This document shows positions 26,071 to 36,394 of a stretch of 64,000 nt of DNA, one piece after another; the first letter of the stretch is position 1; every line of letters begins with the position of its first letter. Below the pieces are notes generated by a model. It saw nothing but the letters and a program-made list of their open reading frames with translations. It searched no databases and had not been told where the DNA came from. Source of the DNA: a virus; IMG/VR virus record IMGVR_UViG_3300043313_000346, positions 12,885-76,884 of that record, one strand, 5' to 3'. Position numbers and translations under genes: made by a program.

Positions 26071-27163
26071 TCAGATCGCGGCGGTGTGCGGCACCGATCT
26101 CGATCTCGACGACATCATGACGAAGCTCGCGTCGGGCATCGCGCGGGCGCAGCGCTTCAAGATCGACGACGACGTTGCGCGCGCAGCCGTGGGCGTGGTG
26201 CGCTCGAAGCCGTCTTCGCTGGTCGCCGCGCTGCCGCTGTGCCGCCTGCCCTATCCCGTCATGTGGCTCGAATGGGACTGTGCGTCGATGCTTGGGACAC
26301 GCGGCAACGAGCGTGACGAAGACGCACCGACGCCACAGAAGATGGGCGTGCTGATCGAGGCGCTAAGCAACGATCAATTGCAGGTCGGACAAATGACGTG
26401 GGCGTGGGTCCACGCCGATCGTCCGGACGAAAATGTTCTGCCCGGTCTGCCGAACATGACCGTCTGCCCGTTCTCGATCATCTTCGACTGGCGCGAGGAC
26501 GGTAATTTGCTGGAGACGCTTGGCCCGGCCTTCGACAAGATTCACAAGGAACGGCCGAATTCGTTCACGGCCTTCCTTGCGATCCTGCGTGACACGTTCC
26601 TGCGCGAAGGCTCGCTCGATCTGACCGCCAAGATTATGCGCTCGGCCGCAATGACGCGCGGTTGGGACAAGCTCGCGGACAACCCGCGCGAAGTCGAAGC
26701 CGTCCATGAACTGATAAGGCATGCGACGCCGTGGGTCTCGACGCACGCGCAGCGCTTTCTGATGCGCCTTCTCGCGACAATCCCGATCGAGCGGGCGAAG
26801 CATATGCTTGCTTCGTGGCAAGCAGACCTGCAAGGCGAAGAGCCGTTCGCGGCGGCCCTGATCACGATGATGAACTCGCGCAACTGCGTCGACCACGAGC
26901 CGGCCAACCTCGACAAGCTCAATCGGTCACGCCGGCGCGGCGGCAAGCCGGAATTCCTTGCCTATTCGACGACGCGGCTGCGGCTATCGCAGCATCTCGA
27001 TCGCGCCGTCGGCGCTGGCCACATGACACGCGCGCAGGCGCGCGGGACGCTGGTGCGCGGACATTTCAAGCTGCGCAGGACCGGCGTGTTCTGGTGGTCG
27101 CCGCACGAACGCGGCGATCAATCGCATCGCGTCCCACGGCGTGAATATGAGGTTGTGCCGTGA
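26057..27163 (+). CDS. hypothetical protein with C-terminal VRGH..W.PH.RG motif
   Basis: Long ORF with coding-like composition. Confidence 0.8.
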   Translation: MRLADQIAAVCGTDLDLDDIMTKLASGIARAQRFKIDDDVARAAVGVVRSKPSSLVAALPLCRLPYPVMWLEWDCASMLGTRGNERDEDAPTPQKMGVLIEALSNDQLQVGQMTWAWVHADRPDENVLPGLPNMTVCPFSIIFDWREDGNLLETLGPAFDKIHKERPNSFTAFLAILRDTFLREGSLDLTAKIMRSAAMTRGWDKLADNPREVEAVHELIRHATPWVSTHAQRFLMRLLATIPIERAKHMLASWQADLQGEEPFAAALITMMNSRNCVDHEPANLDKLNRSRRRGGKPEFLAYSTTRLRLSQHLDRAVGAGHMTRAQARGTLVRGHFKLRRTGVFWWSPHERGDQSHRVPRREYEVVP

Positions 27164-27279
27164 TACCCGGTGAGCATCATGACGCGCACGTGCGGCTGTG
27201 GCGGGCGTGGCTGATCCTGCGTGATGTGCCGCCTCATCTCCTGCGGGTGCTGCGCTTGTTGCGCGAAAGGCGGTGACCA

Positions 27280-27723
27280 ATGACAGCGCTTGTAATCACA
27301 CCGGAGAAGGAATCCGAGATCAAGGCGGCGATCGTCAAGGCGCGCGCGAACGTGATCCCGTGGGCAAAGACGCGCCACACCGCAGCCGACGCCGACACGT
27401 TCATGCTGACTCTCGCTGACCGCAAACCGGGCAGCGAGAAGCGTCCGGAGTCCGTGGGCGTCATCTTCGAAGGCGGCGTCACCGCCGCGATCAGCTTCGA
27501 AGAGCAGCCCGCCGGCATCATGCGCCACGTCTCGTTTGCGACCGGCAAGCCCGGCAAGAACCATCTCATGAATCCGATCATGGTCGCCGCGCTCTGCGAA
27601 CTGTTCGGCATCCGCGAATTCCCGCCGACGCATGGCAAGGTCTGGATCGAAGAATACAAGCCGAACCATTTTGCGGTGAACGTCATCGAGCTTGAGCACG
27701 AGCGCGAGGCGGGCCACGCATGA
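27280..27723 (+). CDS. hypothetical protein
   Basis: RHVSF motif; coupled to next gene. Confidence 0.75.
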   Translation: MTALVITPEKESEIKAAIVKARANVIPWAKTRHTAADADTFMLTLADRKPGSEKRPESVGVIFEGGVTAAISFEEQPAGIMRHVSFATGKPGKNHLMNPIMVAALCELFGIREFPPTHGKVWIEEYKPNHFAVNVIELEHEREAGHA

Positions 27724-27986
27724 GCACGACGCCGACACCAGAGCAGATGCTGCGCGACGTGCGCCGGTGGGTCTGGCTCGGCTATGCCGCGCAATCGATG
27801 GCCGCGCTCGCCGGCGCGCTTTGCCTGTGGGCCGCGATCGACGATTGGCTGACCGGGCATCCGTTCCGCTCGGCCGTGTTCACCGTCGTCGCGTTCTGGA
27901 ACGGCTACAACTTCGTGAACAGCCGGCTGACGCACCGCAACACTAAGCGCTTGCTGCACAAGCTGCGCGACCTGATCGGGAAATAA
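27720..27986 (+). CDS. two-TM membrane protein
   Basis: Two hydrophobic segments, basic C-terminus. Confidence 0.7.
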   Translation: MSTTPTPEQMLRDVRRWVWLGYAAQSMAALAGALCLWAAIDDWLTGHPFRSAVFTVVAFWNGYNFVNSRLTHRNTKRLLHKLRDLIGK

Positions 27987-27988
27987 AG

Positions 27989-28288
27989 ATGATGCCGAAA
28001 CTGAAGATCACCACCGACAAGAAAGAAATGGCGAGCGCCGACGTGCTGGTCTGCATGCCGGTGACGATGCCGCTGGTGATGCCCGACAACAAGGTCGGCG
28101 ACTGCGCCGCGTGCGGGCGGCGCATCCAGTATCGCCCCTATGCGCCGAAGAAAGTGACGCGGATGTGCGTCGATTGCGTCAAGGAGATCGTCGCCGAGAA
28201 GGAAGCACATGGCATCAAGACCGAGATGCTGGCGACGCCGACGGCGATCGCGGAGTTGATCGACGAATTGAAGAAAGACCGGCAATAA
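27989..28288 (+). CDS. Zn-ribbon hypothetical protein
   Basis: CAAC and CVDC. Confidence 0.7.
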   Translation: MMPKLKITTDKKEMASADVLVCMPVTMPLVMPDNKVGDCAACGRRIQYRPYAPKKVTRMCVDCVKEIVAEKEAHGIKTEMLATPTAIAELIDELKKDRQ

Positions 28289-28314
28289 AAAAGGCGCCGG
28301 GGTGAGCCGGCGCC
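28287..28314 (-). terminator. terminator of the late operon at the arm convergence
   Basis: Minus strand GGCGCCGG-CTCACC-CCGGCGCC-T6. Confidence 0.8.
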
Positions 28315-28340
28315 CAAAGGCGTGCAAGGTGTGGCTGGCC

Positions 28341-29009
28341 TTAGCCGAGCGTCACCGGCACCCGGTTGACCGTCACGACCACGGGCCCGCTGATCTCGAT
28401 GTCGACGTGCGCGACGATCGCCGGCTTCACCGGCTGCGGTGGCGGTGTCGTCTCGCCCACCGGCGGCGGCTCGGGCTCGGTGGTGTCCTGCTTGCCGCTG
28501 AGCACGCCGGCGAGCGCGCGGCAGATCGCATCGAACTGTTGCCCGTAGATGTCGGCATCGGCTTCGCTGTCGACGAAGCACACTTCGAGCAGCACGCACG
28601 GCATCTCGGTGTTGTTCAGCACATAAAGATCGTCGCGATACTTGCCGCCGCGATCGATGAAGCCGCACGACGCGATCGCGGCCGACAGTTCGCTCGCGAG
28701 CGCTGACTGCGTCACGTAGAGAACCTCACAGCCCATCGGCTTCTCGGTCTCGACGTAGGCGTTGAAGTGGACGCTGATGTCGAGATCACGCGTGCGGCTG
28801 TTGTGGAAGTTGGTGATGGTCGCGAGGTTGGTGCTCTGATCGTGGCTCGTGTCGTCGTGGAAGATGTCGACGGCGACGCCCCGGTTCTCAAGCTCATCGG
28901 CGAGATGCTCGACCACGCGGCGGGCTTCGTCGACTTCGTCGAGCACGCCGCTCGCGCCGCGCACGTGCATCCCGTGGCCGGAAGATATGACAACCCTGCC
29001 ATAGCTCAT
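28341..29009 (-). CDS. endolysin, N-acetylmuramoyl-L-alanine amidase (Amidase_3)
   Basis: SSGHG, E, ISVHFNA and LLEVCFVD zinc/catalytic motifs. Confidence 0.92.
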   Translation of the reverse strand: MSYGRVVISSGHGMHVRGASGVLDEVDEARRVVEHLADELENRGVAVDIFHDDTSHDQSTNLATITNFHNSRTRDLDISVHFNAYVETEKPMGCEVLYVTQSALASELSAAIASCGFIDRGGKYRDDLYVLNNTEMPCVLLEVCFVDSEADADIYGQQFDAICRALAGVLSGKQDTTEPEPPPVGETTPPPQPVKPAIVAHVDIEISGPVVVTVNRVPVTLG

Positions 29010-29236
29010 GATGGTGGTCCTTGCTTACAGTCGCGGATGTCTTTGACCAGCGTGCTGATCAATTCGTTCTGCGTCTTGTTGCGTTCAGATGCATTCGCCG
29101 CGACCTGCCCCAACACATAGGCCGCGAACGAAAGGAAGCCGATGTTGACGAGCAACAGCGCGATCGCGAGCGGCGTCGACTTCATCGCCGACAGCGCTTC
29201 GGTAGCGACCTTCCCGGTGGTGTCGATGACCATCAT
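29006..29236 (-). CDS. putative holin (single TM)
   Basis: One TM segment; coupled to the endolysin. Confidence 0.55.
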   Translation of the reverse strand: MMVIDTTGKVATEALSAMKSTPLAIALLLVNIGFLSFAAYVLGQVAANASERNKTQNELISTLVKDIRDCKQGPPS

Positions 29237-29251
29237 GGCAGCCCTCACCAG

Positions 29252-29419
29252 TTAGAGCGCGGCGTGCTCTTTGCTGTCGTCATCGTCGTCTTCATCTTCG
29301 TCGGCGGGCTTGGGCTTCGGCGGCACCGGGGTTTGTCCCGGCTGCGGCGGGTCCATGATCGGCGGTCGCTCGCGTGGCGTTGGTGCTTGGCCGGGTGTCT
29401 GGCCGGGGCTGCTTGCCAT
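29252..29419 (-). CDS. Pro-rich / acidic 55-aa protein (not in ORF track)
   Basis: AGGAGG RBS; MASSPGQTPGQAPTP...DEDEDDDDSKEHAAL. Confidence 0.55.
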   Translation of the reverse strand: MASSPGQTPGQAPTPRERPPIMDPPQPGQTPVPPKPKPADEDEDDDDDSKEHAAL

Positions 29420-29506
29420 CGTGGTGTCCTCCTGTTCTGGGTTGGATCAGGCCGCGCAAAGCTGCGGCAAGTCTGGCTCGCCTCTCAGCGCAAGCGCGGC
29501 ATGGCA

Positions 29507-29743
29507 TCAGGTCTTCTCTTGCCCTGCTGCCTTTCGCTTCGCCGCGTCGGCTTCCGCGCGCCGGCGCATCTCGACGCCATCCATGTGCGCGCGCCACGGC
29601 GCAGCGAACACGCCGAAGTTTCTCATGTTGTCCGGCGTCACCAGTTGCGTGCGCTGTTGCTCTGCCGCCGGATAGAGCGCGATGAATTCCACCATCTCGG
29701 GGACGGGCGGCGGCGGTGGCGGGCGCAGGTCTTCATCAGCCAT
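29507..29743 (-). CDS. hypothetical protein downstream of fibre
   Basis: AAGGAG RBS. Confidence 0.65.
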   Translation of the reverse strand: MADEDLRPPPPPPVPEMVEFIALYPAAEQQRTQLVTPDNMRNFGVFAAPWRAHMDGVEMRRRAEADAAKRKAAGQEKT

Positions 29744-29755
29744 GATGATGCTCCT

Positions 29756-32065
29756 TTATGCCTTGGCCTCAAGCGCCTCGATGCGCGCCTGTGCTTCCTG
29801 CAATGCCTTGGTGAGCGCAGCGATCACCGTCCACGGGTTTGGCTGCTGCACGGTTGCTGGATCATCCTTCACGCCAGTGGCGGCGCTCCCGGTCAAGGTT
29901 TCCTGAAGCTCATGTGCGATGAAGCCCCAGCGCTCGATGTCGTCGGCAGGGATAAATGGCTTGCCTGCCTCGGCCGCGCGGACTCTTTCTCCCGGCGGTG
30001 TGTATTCGGCCTGCGTGAATTTGACCGGGCGCAGCGCCTTGACTGTCTCCCACTTGTCGGGGAGATCGGCGACGTCCTTCTTGATGCGATAGTCTGACTG
30101 ATACGCGATGACGCCAAGATAGGTAGCGTCGACAAAAGCCTCCAGTTGGCCGCTCCACCAGAAATTGACCGCGTTGTTGCTCGTTCCACCAGCCGCCCCC
30201 TGCTTAGAGCCAAGCCCGCTGTGCAGATGGACCGGACCACCGCTCTGGTTCTGCACTCGAACCTCGCCCGATGGCGCGTTCCAGTAGAAGATGGCTCTGG
30301 AAGTGTTGGTGTCCGACAAATAAACGTGGGCGCTTGTGTTGGCTGGCGCCTTGCTGACGATGACGCCGCTGTTGCACGTGATGTCATAGTTACTGGTGAT
30401 CTGGTTGACGATCGTCTGGCCGCCGATGGTCGCGCCGCCGGGGAAAGTGACCGCGCCGTTGGCGGTCAGGCCGTTGTTGATCGTGACGAGCCCGGTCAGC
30501 CGGGCGATCGTGAGCGGCGCGCCGATGGAGTTGCCGTTGTTGTCGTAGTTGTGGAAGTTGAAGCCGCTGGTGTCGTTGCGCAGAAGCCACTGCGCCTTGT
30601 TGCTGACGTAAAACCAAATGTCGCTCAGACTGCCAGCGGCCCCCGCTGTGGCATGGATTTGAATGCCCGGATACTGCGGCGCGTTGATTCCCAAAGTGTT
30701 GGTGACGCTAATTCCTCCGCTGAACGTGCCGCCGGTCACCGGCATCTTGGTGTCAGCATATTGCTTGGTCGCGATGCCGAGCGGCGCAGTCGGATCGCCC
30801 TTGATCGTCGCCAGTCCGGTCGAGCGGCTGATGGTCAAAGGAATGTCGATCGCCGCACCGCTGTCGTTGTAGCGTTGCAGCATGTAATCGCCGCCGAGAT
30901 ATTCGACCCAGCGTTCCAGACCGTTCACCCGGCCGATCACCACGGGGACGCTGCCGGTCGGCGCATTCAGATAAACCCGCGCGTTGCCCGCCGCCTTGTT
31001 GACGTACACATCGCCAGAGAAGGTTGCATCTGCGGTCGCGCGATTGATCCTGAACGGCTTGTCGATGAGCGCGCCCGCATCGGCATAGCGCGCGAGCGCG
31101 AAGTCCGATCCGGTATTGCCCGACGTCTCTGTCGCACCGTCACCAAGCTGCAAGCCCCAGCGCGGCACCAGCGCGTTCGCACCGATCAATGGCGGGATGA
31201 TTGACGGCGAGCTTCCGCTGAGCACCAGCTTGATCTGCGTCCCCGGCTTATTGAGGATCACATCGCCCGCGAAGGTGTCACCCTCGCGCGAGGCGAAGTT
31301 GAGCCGATCGCGCATCAGCAATTGCTTCGGCGCCGTGTCGGCGTCGAGCAGGTTCGGCGTGATCTGGTCGTCGACGATCGACGCGCTGCCGGCCTGCGCG
31401 AGCAAATCCCAATTCGCGCTCGGCGGCTGCGAGTTGGTGTTGACCGCCTTCGCGATATAGCTCGCGCCCGCGAGCGCGACGCCGTCGAGTGTCTGATAGG
31501 TGTCGGTGCTGTTCCAGTTGCCCTTCCAGATCAAGCCAGCCGGGCCGGCTGCGCCGGGCGTGCCGGGCGTGCCGGCCGGACCCGTTGCGCCCGTCGGTCC
31601 TACGGCGCCGGTGTTGCCCTGCGGACCCTGCGGCCCGGTTGCGCCGGTTGCGCCGGTTGCGCCTTGCGGCCCCACCGGACCAATCGGCCCCTGCGGGCCG
31701 CCCTCGATGCCCTGCGGACCTTGCGGGCCTGCGGGCCCGATCGCGCCCGGTTCGCCCGCCACACTGATCGACCAACCCGCGAGCGTGCCGACGCCATGCA
31801 CCAGATCGATGTTCACGATCAGGTCTTGATTTGAGTACGACGTGACGACGCCTTCCTGCCACGAAGCCGCGTCGTGGCTCGCGCGCACGCGCACGCCGGG
31901 CAGGAAGCCGAGACCGAATTGCTGCATCACGTACAGCTTCGGGCCGAGCGAGAACGTCACGGTCGACTGCGACGTGCCGGCGACGATCGGACCACGCGGC
32001 GCGAACGGCGCAGCGACCACCGTTGCGCTCGGAAGCTCGACATCGTTGATTGCGATTATGGCCAC
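29756..32065 (-). CDS. tail fibre with collagen repeats and C-terminal S74-type intramolecular chaperone
   Basis: GXY run; [17 protein letters not shown]..coiled-coil end. Confidence 0.9.
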   Translation of the reverse strand: MAIIAINDVELPSATVVAAPFAPRGPIVAGTSQSTVTFSLGPKLYVMQQFGLGFLPGVRVRASHDAASWQEGVVTSYSNQDLIVNIDLVHGVGTLAGWSISVAGEPGAIGPAGPQGPQGIEGGPQGPIGPVGPQGATGATGATGPQGPQGNTGAVGPTGATGPAGTPGTPGAAGPAGLIWKGNWNSTDTYQTLDGVALAGASYIAKAVNTNSQPPSANWDLLAQAGSASIVDDQITPNLLDADTAPKQLLMRDRLNFASREGDTFAGDVILNKPGTQIKLVLSGSSPSIIPPLIGANALVPRWGLQLGDGATETSGNTGSDFALARYADAGALIDKPFRINRATADATFSGDVYVNKAAGNARVYLNAPTGSVPVVIGRVNGLERWVEYLGGDYMLQRYNDSGAAIDIPLTISRSTGLATIKGDPTAPLGIATKQYADTKMPVTGGTFSGGISVTNTLGINAPQYPGIQIHATAGAAGSLSDIWFYVSNKAQWLLRNDTSGFNFHNYDNNGNSIGAPLTIARLTGLVTINNGLTANGAVTFPGGATIGGQTIVNQITSNYDITCNSGVIVSKAPANTSAHVYLSDTNTSRAIFYWNAPSGEVRVQNQSGGPVHLHSGLGSKQGAAGGTSNNAVNFWWSGQLEAFVDATYLGVIAYQSDYRIKKDVADLPDKWETVKALRPVKFTQAEYTPPGERVRAAEAGKPFIPADDIERWGFIAHELQETLTGSAATGVKDDPATVQQPNPWTVIAALTKALQEAQARIEALEAKA

Positions 32066-32457
32066 TTCGTCACCCCTTCGATGATCTCAAGCGTCATCTG
32101 GATCACGACTCGATCGATGTTGTCGGCCGATGCCACGACGTCGCCGACATAGATGCCGGCGAACTTTGCCTTCATCGTCTCATAGGGAATGTTGATGATC
32201 AGGAAGCCGTAGTCGGGCGCCGAGCCGATCGACAGGCTGCCGTCGTCGGTCGACGCACTCAGGATCACTTCGTGATCGTCAGCCTCGCGACGCACTTCCA
32301 TCTCGAAGCGGATGCCGCGCAGATCAAGCTGCGGATAGGTGTCGATCGTACCGCCGTCGACCTCGACAAGATATTTGAGACTGTCGATCCAGTCTTCGTT
32401 GTTGCCGGTCACCGCATCCAAGGTGACTTTCGGAATAGCGAGGATGTTCGTCGGCAT
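32056..32457 (-). CDS. fibre adaptor-like structural protein
   Basis: Lies between two fibre genes; beta-rich. Confidence 0.65.
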   Translation of the reverse strand: MPTNILAIPKVTLDAVTGNNEDWIDSLKYLVEVDGGTIDTYPQLDLRGIRFEMEVRREADDHEVILSASTDDGSLSIGSAPDYGFLIINIPYETMKAKFAGIYVGDVVASADNIDRVVIQMTLEIIEGVTKWP

Positions 32458-32468
32458 CGGTTAATGCC

Positions 32469-34067
32469 TCACGCGTAGACGCTGCTGGCATCGATGCTCC
32501 CGGGGATATTGCCGGGCAGGAAGTCGGAGCCGCCGCCGCCAACCTTGATGATGGAATTGAACGCGGCGTTGTAGCGCTTGCCGTAGGCGCTGCCGGTGAA
32601 CGTCATCCAGCCATAGGACATGGTGATCAGCCCGCCGTCATAGGCTTGGCAGAACGCGCCATCAAACGAAATGCCGTGCATATTCCACAGATGGAACCAA
32701 AGCGGCGCGACGAATGAACCGCCAAAGCACACGACGCAGTTGCCGATGTTGCTGTACCAGTGGATATAATTTCCCGTGACCACCGAGCCGCCGAACACCG
32801 CAATTCCGATGCCCATCGGAATGCCGGTGAAGGCGATGTCCGAAATGTTGAGCGACGCCTGATCATGACACTCGATGATGTTGGACGCCGAAGCCTGCCC
32901 AGCGACCGAGAGCCCGCTGAGCGTCACGTTCGCGCCGGACCCGGAGACGCTGAGCGTGACCGGATAGGACGACGATTGCGGAAACACCGGGTTGTTTGAC
33001 AGCGTCGGCCCCAACAGCAGATAGGAGAGCATGTTCGCCGGATCGCCGCGAATGACGACACTGCCCGGCATGTTCTGGATGACGACTTGCCCCTGATAGG
33101 TGCCGGGCGTGCCAAGCTGGATCGTGACGGTGCGACCGCCGATCAGAAAGCTGTTCGCAACGTAGGTGACTGCAGCCTGAACCGTGCGGAACGCGGACGC
33201 GGCGGTGTTCGCCGATCCATCGTTCGCGTCGTTGCCGTCGGTGCGAACGTACAGCGTCAGGTCCGCTGTCAGCTTCATGTAGACCTGACTGCGCACCATA
33301 CGCATCACTTGGAAATAGCTGACGTTCCAATTCAGCAAGAGGATTTCGTTGGCGACCAAATCCTGCGACTGCAGATGCGTGCCGTCATTGCGCATCACAT
33401 AGTAGGGCGTGTTCGCGCCAACCTTGAGCGTGACCGGGCCCGTGTTCTTGCTGGCGACGCGGATCAAAAACAGATCGCCGGTGACCCAACTGGTGACGGC
33501 GGGTGCGAAGTTGCCAACCATCGCATTGGCCGCGCCAGTGTCCTGCGCATAGGGAATGTCGACGGTGTAATTGTTGACCGTGCTGGCGACCGCGCCGAGA
33601 TAATTCGTAAGCTGGAACGACGTGCCGTCGTCGACCAGCACCGCGACTTGGCCGGCGCGCATATCGTTCGCTTCAAGCTGCGAACCTGAGCCGCGCTTGA
33701 TCGGGCGGTTGCCGAGCGAGTTGACGTTGATGGTCGACGGGCCCGTGTTGTTGTGCGCCACCAGCACGCGCAGCGGCAGCCCCTGCCGGTATGCCGTGAG
33801 CGACGGATCGAGCATCGTCTGCAGCGCGTTCGCGGCGCCCGTGTCGATGCAGAAGTTGACGCCCTGAGAGCGCACGCCGCGCGTCAGTTGCTTCAGGTCG
33901 GCATCATCCGGCACAAGGCTGCTCGCCTTGATCAGATTGACGATCTCGCGTTGTGGATATTCGATCGAGGCTGCCGGCGGGATGCTGCCTTGCTGACCGA
34001 TCGACGGATCGCCGTTGATGTAAGGATCATCGGCCCCGGGCGAACCGTATGGCGGTTGATATTTCAT
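32469..34067 (-). CDS. baseplate-attached tail fibre / spike
   Basis: Follows the gp48-like gene; YVRTDGNDANDG..F.TVQAA then beta-helix-like C-terminus. Confidence 0.85.
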   Translation of the reverse strand: MKYQPPYGSPGADDPYINGDPSIGQQGSIPPAASIEYPQREIVNLIKASSLVPDDADLKQLTRGVRSQGVNFCIDTGAANALQTMLDPSLTAYRQGLPLRVLVAHNNTGPSTINVNSLGNRPIKRGSGSQLEANDMRAGQVAVLVDDGTSFQLTNYLGAVASTVNNYTVDIPYAQDTGAANAMVGNFAPAVTSWVTGDLFLIRVASKNTGPVTLKVGANTPYYVMRNDGTHLQSQDLVANEILLLNWNVSYFQVMRMVRSQVYMKLTADLTLYVRTDGNDANDGSANTAASAFRTVQAAVTYVANSFLIGGRTVTIQLGTPGTYQGQVVIQNMPGSVVIRGDPANMLSYLLLGPTLSNNPVFPQSSSYPVTLSVSGSGANVTLSGLSVAGQASASNIIECHDQASLNISDIAFTGIPMGIGIAVFGGSVVTGNYIHWYSNIGNCVVCFGGSFVAPLWFHLWNMHGISFDGAFCQAYDGGLITMSYGWMTFTGSAYGKRYNAAFNSIIKVGGGGSDFLPGNIPGSIDASSVYA

Positions 34068-34081
34068 TTTGTGCTTCCCCT

Positions 34082-34771
34082 TTACGGTGTCCCTGCCATC
34101 GGATCGTCGCCGCTCAGCCCGCTGTAGTCGTAGACGATGTCGGTGTGCGCGGGCTTCCAGCGATCGAGCAGACATTCCAAGTCTTCGGCGATGCCGATGC
34201 GCAGATGCGGATCGACGCCGCATTCGGCTTCAGCGCATCGAAACCAAGTGAGCCGCGCGTTGGCGACCGAGACTTCCCAATAGAACCGCATCTCGGGAGG
34301 ACCGATCTCCCAGCGCGGCTTGCCGTTTTCGTCTGGCGTGTTGCCACAGCGCGAGATGCCCACCATGAACGGCGAATGCTCGCTCACGTGGATGGTGACG
34401 CCGAGCCATGACGCGACTTGCTGAAACCACGCTTCCGATTGACCGCCGATCAGCGTCATCCAGAACACGAGGAAGCGCTGCCGCTCGCCGATGCTCATCC
34501 CGCCTTCAAGACACGGATCGGGCAGGCCCCATGCTCTTTCCCAATCGGGCAGAAGCTCGATCGTCTTGCGCGGATCGCTCTCGCGTTCGAGCAGATCGCC
34601 GGCGCGTCCGTCGACATAACCCCAATACTGCGCCAGCCCGTTGCACGCGCGCTCCAGCGTCGAGCCCGGCGATCGCGGCCACGCTTGCCCTTGTGGCAAC
34701 AGGCTGAGAAACGAAACGGCGTAATCATCACCGGATCGTCGCACATGCCGATCAGGGGGCGGTGATGGCAT
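34082..34771 (-). CDS. baseplate protein, Mu gp48/YmfQ (DUF2313)-like
   Basis: LLPQGQAW..E.DP....LLPDWER..GLPD..KPAHT. Confidence 0.9.
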   Translation of the reverse strand: MPSPPPDRHVRRSGDDYAVSFLSLLPQGQAWPRSPGSTLERACNGLAQYWGYVDGRAGDLLERESDPRKTIELLPDWERAWGLPDPCLEGGMSIGERQRFLVFWMTLIGGQSEAWFQQVASWLGVTIHVSEHSPFMVGISRCGNTPDENGKPRWEIGPPEMRFYWEVSVANARLTWFRCAEAECGVDPHLRIGIAEDLECLLDRWKPAHTDIVYDYSGLSGDDPMAGTP

Positions 34772-35861
34772 AAACGATGTCCCCCAACACGCCCATGTGG
34801 CCCGGGCTCGGCATCACGTCGTCGGTGGCGATGCGCAGATTGAACGACACGACTCCCGGCGTGTTCATGATCGCCTGATATTTCCACGCGGCGTAAATCG
34901 TCTGTCCCGGCGCGGCCAAGCGAAACATCATGTCGATCAGGCTTTGCTCGATGCCGGCGCGGATCGCCGGCGTGTCGGGCGACAGGTCGTTGATGTAGAC
35001 GTCGACGCGTCGCGGGATCGGCGCCACGACGAACACATCTTTCACCGCGACCGGGCGCACCGTTTCGAGATAGGCCGCAACCGCTTGCACGTCCGCGCCG
35101 GTCGGGAAGCCTTGGTTGGCGGCGCGCAGTTCATCCATCATGAAGCGCACGGTCACCGTGCCGATGCCCATCTCCAGCGGATAGCACCACGCGCGCGTGA
35201 CGCCCGGGACCGCCAGCGTCCAGTTGACGTAGTCGTGCGCGGCGCCGCCCATCGGCGGCTGTTGGATGCGCAACAGGACGCGCGCGCGCAGATACTCATC
35301 GGTCTCGGTGTCGGTGCCACCGGCGAGCGTGCCCGCCGTCACGGTGACTTCGAATTCGCCGATCTGGTTGACCAGCGTCATCGCAGTGCCGGCCGGCAGG
35401 TTGCCGATCGTGCCGGCGTCGAGCGCGCGCACCGCCGCTTCCGTCGGCGCTGCCCCGATGATGAACTCGGTCAGCGTCTCATAGCCGACGTTCGCACCAA
35501 GCCCGGGCGCTGTCGCGGTCAGTTCGGTGCCGGCCGGCACAGTGACGCCGGCGGCGATGCTCTCGAAGATTGCGGTGCCGGTGGCAAACGTTGCGACCTT
35601 GCGGCCGATCGAGCCGTCGGCGTTCACCAACCAGATGTCACCGTGACGATCCAGCCATTCGGTTTCGGCAGTGTCGGGCAGAAGCTGCAGCGCGAGCCAA
35701 TCGACATATTGCAGCGTGAGATGACAGAGCGCGCCCTGATTGTCCGAGAGCACGCGTAGCACGCTGTTGGGGATCGACGCATCGGCGCCCGGCAACGACG
35801 CGCGGATATAGTCGCGCACGACGCCGCGCACTTCCCGAAGCGTGGGTGTTGCCCAAGGCAT
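34752..35861 (-). CDS. baseplate J / Mu gp47 protein
   Basis: QLLPDTAE..LDRH; GGTDTETDE.LRARV; PP.GG...DY..W. Confidence 0.93.
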   Translation of the reverse strand: MPWATPTLREVRGVVRDYIRASLPGADASIPNSVLRVLSDNQGALCHLTLQYVDWLALQLLPDTAETEWLDRHGDIWLVNADGSIGRKVATFATGTAIFESIAAGVTVPAGTELTATAPGLGANVGYETLTEFIIGAAPTEAAVRALDAGTIGNLPAGTAMTLVNQIGEFEVTVTAGTLAGGTDTETDEYLRARVLLRIQQPPMGGAAHDYVNWTLAVPGVTRAWCYPLEMGIGTVTVRFMMDELRAANQGFPTGADVQAVAAYLETVRPVAVKDVFVVAPIPRRVDVYINDLSPDTPAIRAGIEQSLIDMMFRLAAPGQTIYAAWKYQAIMNTPGVVSFNLRIATDDVMPSPGHMGVLGDIVYAITAP

Positions 35862-35887
35862 ATTTCAAATGTCCTGAAAGTGTTGGC

Positions 35888-36394
35888 TCAGCTTTCGATG
35901 ATGCCGGCCCACAGCACCTGATAGCGAAGATCGACCGCGAGATCGGGCCCGCGATAGAGTCTGATCAGCGCCTGTATGCGCTCGCGCCCGACTTGCTCGA
36001 CCTTGATGTCCATGCGCGACGCGATGCGCCGATCGATGAACGGCTGGATCGCCTCGCGAATGTAGTGATCGACGCGCGCGATCGTCGCGCCCTGTTCAGC
36101 GCCAGCGCCGGTGATCTTCTCGCGCTTGAGCAGCCACAGCCGCGTGCCGATCGGCCAGCCGTTCCAGATCGTTTCGGTTTCGTGGTCGCCCCACCAGCCC
36201 CGCCGGTCGGTCGAGTCGGGATCGGGCAGGCGATCGTTGCGCGTCGCCAGTCGATCGGTGCCGAGCGCGACGATCACGGCGGTAGCCAGCGCCTCGCTGC
36301 TGTCGAGCGTGCCGTCGTCCTGCAACAGCCAGTCGACCGACACTTCGGTCTGATAGGGAAAGATGCCCTGTTGAACTAGCCGGATGTCGGTCAT
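35888..36394 (-). CDS. Mu gp46-like baseplate wedge protein
   Basis: TAV..ALGTD..RRGWWGD..GTRLWLL.R.K. Confidence 0.92.
   Translation of the reverse strand: MTDIRLVQQGIFPYQTEVSVDWLLQDDGTLDSSEALATAVIVALGTDRLATRNDRLPDPDSTDRRGWWGDHETETIWNGWPIGTRLWLLKREKITGAGAEQGATIARVDHYIREAIQPFIDRRIASRMDIKVEQVGRERIQALIRLYRGPDLAVDLRYQVLWAGIIES

Noticed and set aside
29756-34067. Diversity-generating retroelement or invertible fibre cassette
   Set aside because: No reverse transcriptase, invertase, TR/VR pair or inverted crossover sites seen in the window
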